Below, in pieces: positions 9,405-20,471 of a stretch of DNA of 64,000 nt. The DNA comes from Flavobacteriales bacterium (lineage in GTDB: Bacteria; Bacteroidota; Bacteroidia; Flavobacteriales_D; Sanyastnellaceae), in NCBI GenBank assembly GCA_036562565.1, contig DATCJY010000066.1, forward strand, positions 10,317 through 74,316, given 5' to 3'. The notes under the pieces were generated by a model. The model saw only the letters and a program-made list of their open reading frames with translations, did not search any database and was not told the DNA's origin. Position 1 is the first letter of the stretch. Each line of letters begins with the position of its first letter. Made by a program: the position numbers and the translations under genes.

Positions 9405-12188
9405 ATGAGCGATATAGAAAATAACCACTCGGAAGAAAACAACACAGGTGAAAGCAACTTGGGCAATGTACTCCAAGTGCAAAACCTTTATGAAGGTTGG
9501 TTCCTTGATTACGCGAGCTATGTAATTCTGGAGCGTGCCGTTCCGCATATTAATGACGGGCTGAAGCCGGTACAGCGCAGAATCTTACACTCGCTGTGGG
9601 AAATGGACGATGGCCGCTATAACAAAGTGGCCAACGTAATCGGTAACACCATGAAGTATCACCCGCATGGAGATGCCAGTATCGGTGATGCGCTGGTGCA
9701 ACTCGGTCAAAAGGATTTGCTACTCGACACACAGGGTAACTGGGGAAATATTTTCACCGGTGATGCTGCAGCTGCTCCGCGTTATATAGAAGTACGTCTC
9801 AGCAAATTCGCACAGGAGGTAGTATTCAACCCCAAAACAACCAAATGGCTTTCGAGCTACGATGGTCGCAACAAGGAACCTGAAACCCTTCCTATCAAGT
9901 TTCCATTGTTGTTGGCACAAGGTGTCGAAGGTATTGCTGTGGGACTTGCTTGTAAGATTCTTCCTCACAACTTTAATGAACTCATTGATGCAAGCATCGA
10001 TGTATTAAAAGGTAAGAAAATTCAGCTCTTCCCGGACTTCCAGCAAGGTGGTCTTGCCGATTGCAGTGATTACAACAGCGGTATTCGCGGTGGCCGCGTG
10101 CGCGTGCGTGCACGCATCCGCAAGGATGATAAAGAGAGAACTTTGGTCATCACTGAAATTCCTTATGGCACCACCACCAGTTCCTTGATTGATTCCATCA
10201 TCAAGGCCAATGAGAAAGGAAAAATCAAAATCAAGAAGATTGAAGATACTACCACCGATAAGGTAGAGATTACCATTCACCTTGCACCAGGCATTTCTCC
10301 GGATGTGACCATGGATGCGCTCTATGCCTTCACGGATTGTGAAGTGAGCATCTCGCCTAACTCCGGTGTGATTCAAAACGACAAACCTCACTTCTACGGT
10401 GTAGAAGATCTGCTCCGTTTCTCAACTGAACAAACCAAAAACCTCATAGGTCAAGAACTCAACATTGAACTTGGTGAGTTGCAGGAAGCATGGCACTTTG
10501 CTTCTTTGGAAAAAATCTTCATCGAAAAGAGAATCTATCGCAAGATTGAAGAATGTGAGACCTGGGATGAAATCATCGAAACCATTCACAAAGGATTGAA
10601 GCCTTATACAAAAGACTTCATCCGTGAAGTGACCGATGAAGATGTAACCAAGCTCACAGAAATCAAAATCAAGCGTATCTCCAAGTTCGACTCATTCAAA
10701 GCCGATGAGCACATTGCCAAACTTGAGGAGAAAATTGCTGAGGTAAAACACAAACTCGATCACCTGGTTGAAACTACCATTGCCTACTTCAAGGACTTGA
10801 AGCAGAAATATGGCAAAGGCAGAGAACGCAGAACCGAACTGAAAACATTTGATACGGTAGCCGCCTCCAAGGTGGCTATTGCCAATGCAAAACTTTATGT
10901 GAACTACAAAGAAGGTTTTGTAGGAACCGGCTTGAAGCGCGATGAAGGAGAGTATGTAATGGATTGCTCCGACATTGACGACATCATCATCTTCCGCAAA
11001 GATGGTAAGATGATGGTGAAACGCGTGGAGCCCAAAGCCTTCGTGGGCAAAGACATCATCTATGTTTCCGTTTGGAAAAAAGATGATAAGCGCACCATCT
11101 ACAACATGATTTATTCCGATGGTAAAAAAGGCGGTGCAATGATGAAACGCTTTGCTGTAACTGCCATCACAAGGGATAAAGAATATGATCTCACTAAGGG
11201 AACTCCGGGAAGTGAAGTATTGCACTTCAGCGCCAACCCAAATGGTGAAGCCGAAGTTGTAACTGTTCACTTGCGTGCATTGGATCGGTTGAAGAAACTC
11301 AAGTTTGATGTGGACTTCGCACAGCTTGCCATTAAAGGTCGCGATGCCATCGGTAACGTAGTGACCAAGTATCCTGTGAAGAAAGTAGAACTCAAACAAG
11401 CCGGTATCTCCACGCTCGGTGCACGTAAGATCTGGTTGGATGAAAGCGTAATGCGACTCAACGAAGAAGGCCACGGTCGCTTCCTCGGTGAATTCGAAGC
11501 TGAAGACAAATTGCTTGTGATTCTAAGCAGTGGTGTTTACAAACTCATCACTCCTGATTTGAGTACACACTTCGATGATAACCTTTTATCGGTAGAAAAA
11601 TGGATTCCGGAGAAACCAATGAGTGTTGTGTATTATGACGGAGAGAAAGAGCAATACTTTGTAAAACGCTTCTTGGTAGAAGAGTCGCGAGGTCCGGTAA
11701 CTTTCATCACCGAACATCCGAAGTCAAAACTCATTGTTGCCACTACGCTGCATCATCCATTCGTGTACATCCGATATGACAAGCGTAACAAGCTTGCCAA
11801 AAACAAGATGGATGAAAGCGTAAACCTCCGTGAGTTTATTGCGGTGAAAGGATTGAAAGCGCTGGGTAATCGATTGACGCAATATCCTGTTCTGAATATC
11901 GACCTCATGGAAGCAGATCCCCAACGTGAACAAGAAAGCGAAACGCTGTTGCAACAAATGATTGAAGCTCGCAAACCTAAGAAGGTGGAGGTTGAACCAA
12001 ATGATGAAGAAGATTTGTTCGTAAGTCAAAACCCTGACGATATCGATATGGAAATTGAAGGCCTTGAAAATTTGGAAGCCGACATGGCCAAATTCAAGGC
12101 AATGAAAGAAAAGAGTTCTTCCATTTTCCAACAAAAGAAGCCGTCATCAAAAAATGCAGATGCCGGTGAACAAGGAAGCCTCTTTTGA
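9405..12188 (+). CDS. parC: Type IIA DNA topoisomerase subunit A, most likely topoisomerase IV ParC
   Basis: Motifs seen: GLKPVQRRILHSL, HPHGD, and the active-site region AAAPRYIEVRLS. 927 aa with an acidic C-terminal tail. It is paired with the upstream B subunit. Confidence 0.75.
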   Translation: MSDIENNHSEENNTGESNLGNVLQVQNLYEGWFLDYASYVILERAVPHINDGLKPVQRRILHSLWEMDDGRYNKVANVIGNTMKYHPHGDASIGDALVQLGQKDLLLDTQGNWGNIFTGDAAAAPRYIEVRLSKFAQEVVFNPKTTKWLSSYDGRNKEPETLPIKFPLLLAQGVEGIAVGLACKILPHNFNELIDASIDVLKGKKIQLFPDFQQGGLADCSDYNSGIRGGRVRVRARIRKDDKERTLVITEIPYGTTTSSLIDSIIKANEKGKIKIKKIEDTTTDKVEITIHLAPGISPDVTMDALYAFTDCEVSISPNSGVIQNDKPHFYGVEDLLRFSTEQTKNLIGQELNIELGELQEAWHFASLEKIFIEKRIYRKIEECETWDEIIETIHKGLKPYTKDFIREVTDEDVTKLTEIKIKRISKFDSFKADEHIAKLEEKIAEVKHKLDHLVETTIAYFKDLKQKYGKGRERRTELKTFDTVAASKVAIANAKLYVNYKEGFVGTGLKRDEGEYVMDCSDIDDIIIFRKDGKMMVKRVEPKAFVGKDIIYVSVWKKDDKRTIYNMIYSDGKKGGAMMKRFAVTAITRDKEYDLTKGTPGSEVLHFSANPNGEAEVVTVHLRALDRLKKLKFDVDFAQLAIKGRDAIGNVVTKYPVKKVELKQAGISTLGARKIWLDESVMRLNEEGHGRFLGEFEAEDKLLVILSSGVYKLITPDLSTHFDDNLLSVEKWIPEKPMSVVYYDGEKEQYFVKRFLVEESRGPVTFITEHPKSKLIVATTLHHPFVYIRYDKRNKLAKNKMDESVNLREFIAVKGLKALGNRLTQYPVLNIDLMEADPQREQESETLLQQMIEARKPKKVEVEPNDEEDLFVSQNPDDIDMEIEGLENLEADMAKFKAMKEKSSSIFQQKKPSSKNADAGEQGSLF

Positions 12189-12219
12189 CAATTTCACATC
12201 CCGATGAGCTGAGCATGTG

Positions 12220-12678
12220 ATGCAACATGACGACAAGAACATAGAAACACGATTGATTACTCCTGAGCAAACCAGACCATTGAGACACTTAGTTCTCTGG
12301 CCTCATATAGCGAAGGAAGAAGATTGTGTTATTGATATTGACCACCGAGATGATGCATTTCATCTCGGTGTTTTTGTTAATGGTGAACTGAAGTGCATCG
12401 GTTCATTCTTCGCCATGCAATCGGATAAGATTCCTTTTTCCAAACAATACCGACTCCGCGCCATGGCCACTCATCCTCACTGGCACGGCCAAGGATTGGC
12501 ACGACAATTAATTCTTCATGCACTGGACATTTTGAAAAACAAGGAACAAGATGTACTGTGGTGTGATGCGCGTTTAAAGGCTGTCGGTTTCTATGAACGA
12601 CTCGGTTTCTCTCAAATCGATGAAGTGTATGAAGTTCCGAAAATCGGTCCCCATAAGTTTATGTGGAAAGAGATTTAA
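12220..12678 (+). CDS. GNAT family N-acetyltransferase
   Basis: About 152 aa. Acetyl-CoA-binding-type segment HWHGQGLARQLILHAL and the end CDARLKAVGFYERLGF. The track start at 12217 is GTG; the adjacent ATG at 12220 is preferred. Confidence 0.7.
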   Translation: MQHDDKNIETRLITPEQTRPLRHLVLWPHIAKEEDCVIDIDHRDDAFHLGVFVNGELKCIGSFFAMQSDKIPFSKQYRLRAMATHPHWHGQGLARQLILHALDILKNKEQDVLWCDARLKAVGFYERLGFSQIDEVYEVPKIGPHKFMWKEI

Positions 12679-12686
12679 TCAAGGGC

Positions 12687-13100
12687 TTAATCAAACTTGA
12701 AAAAGAAGAACAGCACAGCCGCCCATTCTTTATCGATTGACTTGGCATAACCCAAGGTTCGATAACTCGCATCCTGTACTGTTCCGTCATCCTTTACATA
12801 TCCCAGTGTGCGATAGCTGCTGCTTTGGACCGTTCCATCCTTTTTGACATACCCCACCGTTCTGTATGAGTTATCCTGTATGGTTCCTCCACTTTTGATA
12901 TATCCAATGGTTCGATAATTCTTGTCCTGAATAGTGCCATCGCTTTTGAAATAACCAACAGTTCCATAGCTGCTGCTTTGTATCGTACCATCGCTCTTTA
13001 CATAGAACGAGGTCCTGTAACTATTGTCCTGTACAATTTTCTGCGCTGGCACCGCCATCGTTGACATTAAAAGGATGAGAAATACAACAAACTTATTCAT
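12687..13100 (-). CDS. Small secreted protein made of six tandem 17-residue repeats
   Basis: I moved the start to MNKFVVFLILLMSTMAVPAQ (signal peptide). Six consecutive units of the pattern xxSYRTxGYxKxDGT[IV]Q follow, then a hydrophobic tail WAAVLFFFFKFD. Confidence 0.7.
   Translation of the reverse strand: MNKFVVFLILLMSTMAVPAQKIVQDNSYRTSFYVKSDGTIQSSSYGTVGYFKSDGTIQDKNYRTIGYIKSGGTIQDNSYRTVGYVKKDGTVQSSSYRTLGYVKDDGTVQDASYRTLGYAKSIDKEWAAVLFFFFKFD
12723..13028 (-). repeat. Six tandem 51-nt coding repeats
   Basis: Units in order: DNSYRTSFYVKSDGTIQ, SSSYGTVGYFKSDGTIQ, DKNYRTIGYIKSGGTIQ, DNSYRTVGYVKKDGTVQ, SSSYRTLGYVKDDGTVQ, DASYRTLGYAKSIDKEW. The period is exactly 17 aa. Confidence 0.85.
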
Positions 13101-13164
13101 AACATCAAAGGTAAACAATGCAGCATTTACGCATCCGTTCACCATTTGCGACAATCATTCTTAT

Positions 13165-13719
13165 TTAAAGAGACAAGCGTTTGATCTGCTCCATGTGTCT
13201 TTGCTCATGTGCAATTACAAATCGAAACGTATCTCCAAGGTTGAGTTTAATCAAGATGGACAATGAGGTGGAGATTTTGATTTTACGCAGATTCACCTTC
13301 TTAGTAATTTCAAGAACGTTGAGCAGCTGATGTTGGTAGCCAATGAATTTTTCAAGCTCTTGCTTGGCATTCGGAGTTGGAGGAGGTACTGCATTCTTAG
13401 GCGCTTTCATCTTGGATTTCACTTGGCCGTCTTCTTTTGGTTTCATAGTGTTGGCAAAATAATTACCCAACCACGATGATTTGAAGAACAGCGTTGGTTG
13501 TGCATTTGAATTGCTCAAAGCTCGTTCTATCTCATTTAAATAATAACCAGCATAAAAGTTGAGATGCGCCAAGACCTGTGCCGCACTCCATCCGCCATCT
13601 TTTGCAGGTAAGCTGAGTTGTTGTTCCGATTTTGATTTGAGTGTTTCGGTATAAGCCAAAATAGATCTTACGTCCGAAGACAATTCATCTAATAAGGCTG
13701 TTGAATTAAAAGCTGTCAT
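13165..13719 (-). CDS. DinB-family (DinB_2) metal-dependent protein
   Basis: GWSAAQVLAHLNFY... and the C-terminal FVIAHEQRHMEQI resemble the His triad of the DinB/YfiT-like four-helix-bundle family. Start moved to MTAFNS. Confidence 0.6.
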   Translation of the reverse strand: MTAFNSTALLDELSSDVRSILAYTETLKSKSEQQLSLPAKDGGWSAAQVLAHLNFYAGYYLNEIERALSNSNAQPTLFFKSSWLGNYFANTMKPKEDGQVKSKMKAPKNAVPPPTPNAKQELEKFIGYQHQLLNVLEITKKVNLRKIKISTSLSILIKLNLGDTFRFVIAHEQRHMEQIKRLSL

Positions 13720-13785
13720 GGGTTTGAATTTGATGGAGCAAAGATTTAGCAATGCTTCATCTCCAATTCTTGGTATCCACCAAGA

Positions 13786-14370
13786 TTATATCTGAACACT
13801 TGCGAGCAACTTGCTAAAATTGGTTGCGTCCATGCCTAAATATGAAGCAATGTATTTATGCGGTATCAGTTTTAGAAGATGTGGGCTGCGCTGCATCAAC
13901 GATTTGAACTTTTCTTCTGAAGTAAAAATCTGCACTTCTGCCTGACGCTTCAATACACCATGAAGTGTATGCCCTAGTGCTTTTGTGATAAGCGTATGTA
14001 TTCCTCTGTGCTTATCCATCATATTGTGCAACTCAGCCGCGGGCATCCGAATAAATCTGCTGGCCGTTAAAGTCTCTAGATAGAACAGTGACGGAAGACC
14101 TGTAAGAATCGCATCGGCCACACCACTGAACGAAGGTGCATAGGTGAAAACGATAGTCGCCTCTCTCTCATTTGGCCCCACATAGTAAGCTCGCTGCACA
14201 CCTTGCAACACGAAATACAAATACTTCTCACGCTCACCTGCCGCGGTCAGCATGGTTTTGCGCTTAGCAATGAACGGCTGCCAATGTTTGGACAAATCCA
14301 TCCACTCATCGTCCGTGAGTGGATGAATGGCATCAAGGAACTGCTTTAGTTGATCAAGGTCTTCGGTCAT
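13786..14370 (-). CDS. Crp/Fnr-family transcriptional regulator (cyclic-nucleotide-binding domain plus C-terminal HTH)
   Basis: 194 aa. An N-terminal cNMP-binding-like beta-roll (YLYFVLQGVQRAYY..) and a C-terminal HTH-like IASYLGMDATNFSKL. Confidence 0.7.
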   Translation of the reverse strand: MTEDLDQLKQFLDAIHPLTDDEWMDLSKHWQPFIAKRKTMLTAAGEREKYLYFVLQGVQRAYYVGPNEREATIVFTYAPSFSGVADAILTGLPSLFYLETLTASRFIRMPAAELHNMMDKHRGIHTLITKALGHTLHGVLKRQAEVQIFTSEEKFKSLMQRSPHLLKLIPHKYIASYLGMDATNFSKLLASVQI

Positions 14371-14375
14371 ATACT

Positions 14376-17297
14376 TCAGTTCAATTCATCCTTGAGGAAT
14401 TTTCCGGTCCAGGAATTTTTGACTTTTACAATTTCTTCAGGAGTTCCTTCAGCCACAATAGTTCCTCCACCTTTGCCTCCCTCCGGGCCAACATCTATAA
14501 TATGGTCTGCTACTTTAATGACATCCATGTTATGCTCGATAACCAAGACCGTGTTACCTCTGTCCACCAGACGGTTCAGCACATTGATGAGCATCTGAAC
14601 ATCTTGAAAGTGCAATCCCGTTGTCGGTTCATCTAAGATATAAATTGTATTTCCTGTATCGCGCTTACCAAGTTCGGTTGAGAGTTTGACACGCTGTGCT
14701 TCACCTCCACTCAGGGTGGTACTGTGTTGTCCCAAGGTAATATAACCCAATCCCACATCCTGAAGCGTCTTCACTACGTTTCGGATTTTCGGCATGTTTT
14801 CAAAAAACTCTACCGCTTGGTCAACTGTCATGTCCAACACATCACTGATGCTTTTCCCCTTGTAGCGAATCTCCAATGTTTCGCGGTTATACCGCTTGCC
14901 GTTGCAGGCTTCACAAGGCACCATCACATCGGGTAGGAAATTCATTTCAATGGTTTTTACACCGGCCCCTTTACATGTTTCACATCGTCCGCCACTTACA
15001 TTGAAGCTGAACCTTCCAGGTTGATAGCCGCGCACTTTTGATTCAGGAGAGTTAGCAAACAAATTCCGGATTTCCGTGAAAATTCCTGTATAGGTACTTG
15101 GATTGCTTCGCGGTGTGCGACCAATTGGGCTTTGGTCAATCTCTATGACTTTATCCAAATTCTCAAGACCTTTTATTTTCTTATAAGGCAAAGGTTTCTT
15201 CACTCCATTGTAGAAGTGGGCATTGAGTATTGGATACAAGGTATGCTCTATCAACGATGATTTACCGCTACCACTAACCCCCGTCACACATACAAATTTT
15301 CCAAGTGGTATTTTTAGCGTCACATTCTTGAGGTTGTGACCGGTAGCACCTTCCAGCTCAAGAAACTTTTTGTTTCCTTTTCTTCTCTCCTTCGGAACTT
15401 CTATTTTCAATTCACCACGCAAGTATTGCGCAGTGATGCTTTCACCTTTGATCAAGTTCTTAGGATTTCCCTGAGCAATCACACGTCCACCATGAACTCC
15501 GGCTCCTGGGCCGATATCAATCAGGTGGTCGCTTTCCAGCATCATGTCCTTGTCGTGCTCAACAACCAAGACGCTATTACCTCCATCGCGCAACGCTTTG
15601 AGCGATGCAATCAATCGATGGTTATCTCGCTGATGCAATCCGATGCTCGGCTCATCCAGTATGTACAAGACCCCAACAAGCTGCGAACCAATTTGCGTGG
15701 CAAGACGAATTCGCTGCGCTTCTCCTCCACTCAATGTGCGCGCACTGCGGTTAAGTGTGAGATAATCCAAACCAACATCCACCAAGAAACGCAATCGGCT
15801 GCGTATTTCCTTCAACGGTTCGGAAGCAATTGCCGCTTGTCGTTCTGTCATTTTGGACTCAATATTGTCCATCCATTGAATGAGTTCATGCAGTCCGGAT
15901 GAAGCAAGTTCGTAGATATTCTTTCCATCGATCTTGAAGTAGAGTGCTTCCTTCTTTAGGCGCGCACCATTACATTCAGGACATGGCACTTTGTTCATGA
16001 AGCTATCTACCCAGCGCTTCACACCGGGAGCAACTGTATCATCATCCAATTGTTTCTCGATAAAGGAAATGATGCCTTCAAAGCGTGCACGATGCGTATA
16101 GCCTGTGCTGCTCTTAGCTTCAAACATTTCATCAGAGCCGTAGAGCAAGACGTTGATGACTTCTTCATCCACATCTTCCACTGCGGTGTTCAAATCATAA
16201 CCGTACTTCTTCAGCACCGATTCTACCAATGAGAAGGTCCAGTTATTCTTGGCTTCACCCAGCGGAGCAATGCCGCCCTTTTTAATTGTCTTCTTAGGAT
16301 CCGGAATGATCTTTTTCAAATCCACTTCGGCCACTTCACCTAGGCCATTGCAATGAGGACAAGCGCCATAAGGCGAGTTGAACGAGAACAAATTCGGCTC
16401 CGGTTCAGGATAAGAGATCCCACTGGTGGGACACATCAAATGGCGACTGAAGTGGCGCACAGAATCGTTAGGATGGTCCGCGCTTTTTTTCTTCTTCGAC
16501 TTTGATTCTGTTGAAGGCGCATTGTGCAATTGCACCATCAAACTTCCTTTGCCCAAGCGCAATGCTGTATTGACTGTCTGGCGCAAGCGTTCAAGGTCTT
16601 TGTTGGAAGCCGGCTCCTCGCCTTTCTTCTTCTTCGCAGTAGTGGGCATTTCTTCCGGTATGGCCAATCGATCCACCACTACTTCTATATCGTGTATCTT
16701 ATATCGATCGAGTTTGTATCCTTTGGTGAGCTCAACAATTTCACCATCTACGCGTGCGCGCAAGTAGCCTTGTTTCATGATTTGTTCAAAGAGCTCGCGG
16801 TAATGCCCTTTGCGGCCCTTCACCAATGGAGCAAGGACAATGATTTTTTTGCCCGCATATTCATTCATGATGCGCTGAACGATTTGATCATCGGAATACC
16901 GCACCATCAACTCACCGGATACGTGGCTATATGCATCGGAGGCACGGGCAAACAACAAGCGCATGAAATCATAAATCTCCGTGATGGTTCCAACGGTAGA
17001 GCGCGGATTCTTACTCACTGTTTTTTGCTCAATGGAAATAACAGGAGACAATCCGTTGATTTTATCTACATCGGGACGCTCCAGCTGACCTAAAAACTGA
17101 CGTGCATAGGCATTGAATGTCTCAATGTACCTGCGCTGACCTTCGGCATAAATCGTATCAAATGCAAGCGATGACTTACCGCTGCCACTCAAACCTGTAA
17201 TGACAACAAGTTGATTGCGCGGAATAGTGACATCTATGTTTTTGAGATTGTGCTCGCGAGCACCAATGACTTCGATTACTTCCTCTTCCAATTGCAT
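14376..17297 (-). CDS. uvrA: Excinuclease ABC subunit A
   Basis: Two Walker A motifs (GLSGSGKSSL, GVSGSGKSSL) and two ABC signatures (LSGGEAQR). Zinc modules CPHCNGLG, CPECNGAR and CETCKGAG...CEACNGKR. 973 aa. Confidence 0.95.
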   Translation of the reverse strand: MQLEEEVIEVIGAREHNLKNIDVTIPRNQLVVITGLSGSGKSSLAFDTIYAEGQRRYIETFNAYARQFLGQLERPDVDKINGLSPVISIEQKTVSKNPRSTVGTITEIYDFMRLLFARASDAYSHVSGELMVRYSDDQIVQRIMNEYAGKKIIVLAPLVKGRKGHYRELFEQIMKQGYLRARVDGEIVELTKGYKLDRYKIHDIEVVVDRLAIPEEMPTTAKKKKGEEPASNKDLERLRQTVNTALRLGKGSLMVQLHNAPSTESKSKKKKSADHPNDSVRHFSRHLMCPTSGISYPEPEPNLFSFNSPYGACPHCNGLGEVAEVDLKKIIPDPKKTIKKGGIAPLGEAKNNWTFSLVESVLKKYGYDLNTAVEDVDEEVINVLLYGSDEMFEAKSSTGYTHRARFEGIISFIEKQLDDDTVAPGVKRWVDSFMNKVPCPECNGARLKKEALYFKIDGKNIYELASSGLHELIQWMDNIESKMTERQAAIASEPLKEIRSRLRFLVDVGLDYLTLNRSARTLSGGEAQRIRLATQIGSQLVGVLYILDEPSIGLHQRDNHRLIASLKALRDGGNSVLVVEHDKDMMLESDHLIDIGPGAGVHGGRVIAQGNPKNLIKGESITAQYLRGELKIEVPKERRKGNKKFLELEGATGHNLKNVTLKIPLGKFVCVTGVSGSGKSSLIEHTLYPILNAHFYNGVKKPLPYKKIKGLENLDKVIEIDQSPIGRTPRSNPSTYTGIFTEIRNLFANSPESKVRGYQPGRFSFNVSGGRCETCKGAGVKTIEMNFLPDVMVPCEACNGKRYNRETLEIRYKGKSISDVLDMTVDQAVEFFENMPKIRNVVKTLQDVGLGYITLGQHSTTLSGGEAQRVKLSTELGKRDTGNTIYILDEPTTGLHFQDVQMLINVLNRLVDRGNTVLVIEHNMDVIKVADHIIDVGPEGGKGGGTIVAEGTPEEIVKVKNSWTGKFLKDELN

Positions 17298-17424
17298 AAG
17301 GCTTCAAAGATGGCAAGGGCATTGTCAATCTGAAAAGCGTTTTTTGAACTTTTGGAAGCATGTGAGCTGTGATTTTGTCAATAAATAACTTTCGGAGAAA
17401 TGGCACTTTGTTTTTGGCCTGTGG

Positions 17425-18081
17425 TTAAGACTTCAGGAGAAGTGCCATCACCGTAGGGAAGGTCATTCCTTCTAATCCCGGAATCACCACGTGTGCTTCC
17501 TTGAGTACCTCCGGGTCACCAATTCCTATACAATGGAAACCTCCATCCATAGCTGCTTTCACGCCACTTTGTGCGTCTTCAAAAACGATAATCTCTTTTG
17601 GGGAAAGGTTCAACTCACGGGCACCTCTGAGAAAGACTTCGGGATTTGGTTTGGAGACCGTCACTTTATTGCCATCAATGATGGTGTCAAACAAATCGAT
17701 GATTTCGAGCTTTTCGAGAATAAGCATCGCGTTTTTGGAGGATGAGCCAAGGCCGATTTTTATACCGTTTTTTTTTAGTTCTTGCAGAAAAACGTGCACC
17801 CCCGGCAGCATTTCGGCCGGTGTCACCGTGGCGACATATTCCAGGTACCAATCATTCTTTAGCCTCATGAGCTCTTCCTTTCGTTCCTGAGGTAAAGTGA
17901 GATTTCCCCAAGAAAGAATTCTATCCAATGAGTCTGCACGGCTTACACCTTTGAGCTGCTCATTTTGTTCTTCGGTGAAGGGTACGCCCAACGAATCAGC
18001 CAAGCGCTGCCAAGCAAGAAAATGGAATTTCGCGGTATCCACAATGACACCGTCCATATCAAACAAACAAGCTTTAATCAT
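17425..18081 (-). CDS. pgmB: Beta-phosphoglucomutase (HAD superfamily)
   Basis: HAD motif I FDMDGVIVDT, then HFLAWQRLADSLG and QLKGVSR, and FEDAQSGVKAA. These are typical of beta-PGM. Confidence 0.8.
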   Translation of the reverse strand: MIKACLFDMDGVIVDTAKFHFLAWQRLADSLGVPFTEEQNEQLKGVSRADSLDRILSWGNLTLPQERKEELMRLKNDWYLEYVATVTPAEMLPGVHVFLQELKKNGIKIGLGSSSKNAMLILEKLEIIDLFDTIIDGNKVTVSKPNPEVFLRGARELNLSPKEIIVFEDAQSGVKAAMDGGFHCIGIGDPEVLKEAHVVIPGLEGMTFPTVMALLLKS

Positions 18082-18482
18082 GCATTGTTTCTTTTAGATG
18101 CCTCCATGCGAATGAGGCCAACAATCAACAATTCAGCGCTGGCCGGATTGGATGCCAACGGAATATTTTGCTTGATACAAGCCTTGACGAGTTGCACAAT
18201 ATCGTGCTCTTGTTCATGGTCAATTTCCGGATCGCGGAAGAAGATAACCAGCGATATTTCTCCTTTGTTGACGCGCTCGGTGAGTTCTCTAAAGCCGCCA
18301 TCACGGCCGCGACTCACGGCTTCGATGTCCACCTTCATTCGCTCTGCTTGCAGCAGTTCAGCGGTGTGGCCTGTTGCCACCAATTTTCTCCCCCACAACC
18401 AGTCAGCGCGCTCCTTCAGGAAGGCAACCAGTTGCGGTTTCATCTTATCATGTGCGATAACGCATATCTTTTGTTCCATCAT
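18078..18482 (-). CDS. mgsA: Methylglyoxal synthase
   Basis: 134 aa. IAHDKMKPQLVAF...LVATGHTAELL...GGFRELT.. fits the MGS family. Its stop overlaps the pgmB start by 4 nt. Confidence 0.8.
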   Translation of the reverse strand: MMEQKICVIAHDKMKPQLVAFLKERADWLWGRKLVATGHTAELLQAERMKVDIEAVSRGRDGGFRELTERVNKGEISLVIFFRDPEIDHEQEHDIVQLVKACIKQNIPLASNPASAELLIVGLIRMEASKRNNA

Positions 18483-18495
18483 TCTCCGGTGTGAT

Positions 18496-19359
18496 TTATG
18501 CCAATGTAGGCAACTTATAACGTATATGATATTCTACCAACCCGTCTAATGGTCTGCGAATCACATTGCCCAACTTCCAACCATCTTCTTGAGCCACACG
18601 CTGCAACACATCCTGAAAAATGTGCCCAACACTGCCTATGAAATGAACCGGCACTTGGCTATAGTTCCTAAAGCACCGAATGTGGATGCTTGAGAAGTGC
18701 TTCATGCCTTTGTAAATCCATTCACGTACATGCGGATGGCGGTAATGCTCCCCCACGAATTGCATAAAGCCGGCAAGGTAAACATTCGCATTTGGTTGCT
18801 GGTAGATACGCATCAGAATAGCATCCTTATCCGGATTGTATTTGGCAATAAATGCTTCCCTCAAATCATCGGGTAGCTTTTTGTAGAAATATTCTTGCAG
18901 TAATATTTTTCCGTACCAACTGCCACTGGATTCATCACCGAGGATATAGGCTAGCGAGGGTACCTCTTCATAGATTTCTTGACCATCGAAATAACATGAA
19001 TTGGAACCGGTACCCAAAATGCAAGTAATACCGGGACGTCCGTCATAAGTGGACATGGCTGCTCCAAGCAAATCGTGGTCGACAATAATTTCTGCCTCGG
19101 TAAAAACACGTTGCAAACCGCGCTGCATGCGTGCGCATAAATCTGGAGTACTGCTACCGGCACCATAGAAAAAGATATGCGTAATCTGAGAGGCTATTGC
19201 CATGATGGATGCACTATCTTTCAATGCCTTTTCTACCACTTCTTCATTGTGGAAGTAAGGGTTCAATCCCATGGTGTTGAAGTTATCGATTCGCTTACCT
19301 GACTTGTCAATCAGCGCCCAATCGCATTTGGTAGAACCACTGTCCGCTATTAAAATCAT
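18496..19359 (-). CDS. BadF/BadG/BcrA/BcrD-type ATPase (N-acetylglucosamine-kinase-like)
   Basis: Start moved to MILIADSGSTKCDWAL, which is the typical N-terminus of this family and removes the overlap with gap. GTGSNSC motif is present. Confidence 0.7.
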   Translation of the reverse strand: MILIADSGSTKCDWALIDKSGKRIDNFNTMGLNPYFHNEEVVEKALKDSASIMAIASQITHIFFYGAGSSTPDLCARMQRGLQRVFTEAEIIVDHDLLGAAMSTYDGRPGITCILGTGSNSCYFDGQEIYEEVPSLAYILGDESSGSWYGKILLQEYFYKKLPDDLREAFIAKYNPDKDAILMRIYQQPNANVYLAGFMQFVGEHYRHPHVREWIYKGMKHFSSIHIRCFRNYSQVPVHFIGSVGHIFQDVLQRVAQEDGWKLGNVIRRPLDGLVEYHIRYKLPTLA

Positions 19360-19406
19360 AATTCGTTCTTCAAAAAATTGTACTGCAACTAAGCAGAGTG
19401 TTTGAT

Positions 19407-20432
<1,026 letters not shown>

Positions 20433-20471
20433 TTATACTTGTTGATTTTCGTTCAAAGTTTTAGAAACACA

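Noticed and set aside
10692-11474. Long antisense ORFs inside clear genes. Examples: 260 aa opposite parC; 7813-8463 opposite parE; 15336-15902 and 16524-17093 opposite uvrA; 17965-18549; 19821-20408 opposite gap; 26839-27417; 33054-33581; 49631-50155 opposite adk.
   Set aside because: Each lies fully within a strongly supported gene on the other strand. Their composition is low-complexity or odd (Cys/His/Phe-rich), they have no recognisable motifs, and they lack their own intergenic start context. These are typical shadow ORFs.
7387-12188. Calling the type IIA topoisomerase pair gyrB/gyrA.
   Set aside because: The B subunit is short (626 aa) and has the [11 protein letters not shown]...GKLGDGS N-terminus. 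The two subunit genes are directly adjacent. Both points fit Bacteroidota ParE/ParC better. Some uncertainty remains and is reflected in the confidence values.
12723-13028. A regular 51-nt periodicity that could suggest a CRISPR-like or satellite array.
   Set aside because: The repeats are contiguous with no spacers. They are in frame within an ORF that has a signal peptide, and they are conserved at the amino-acid level more than at the DNA level. This is a coding tandem repeat.
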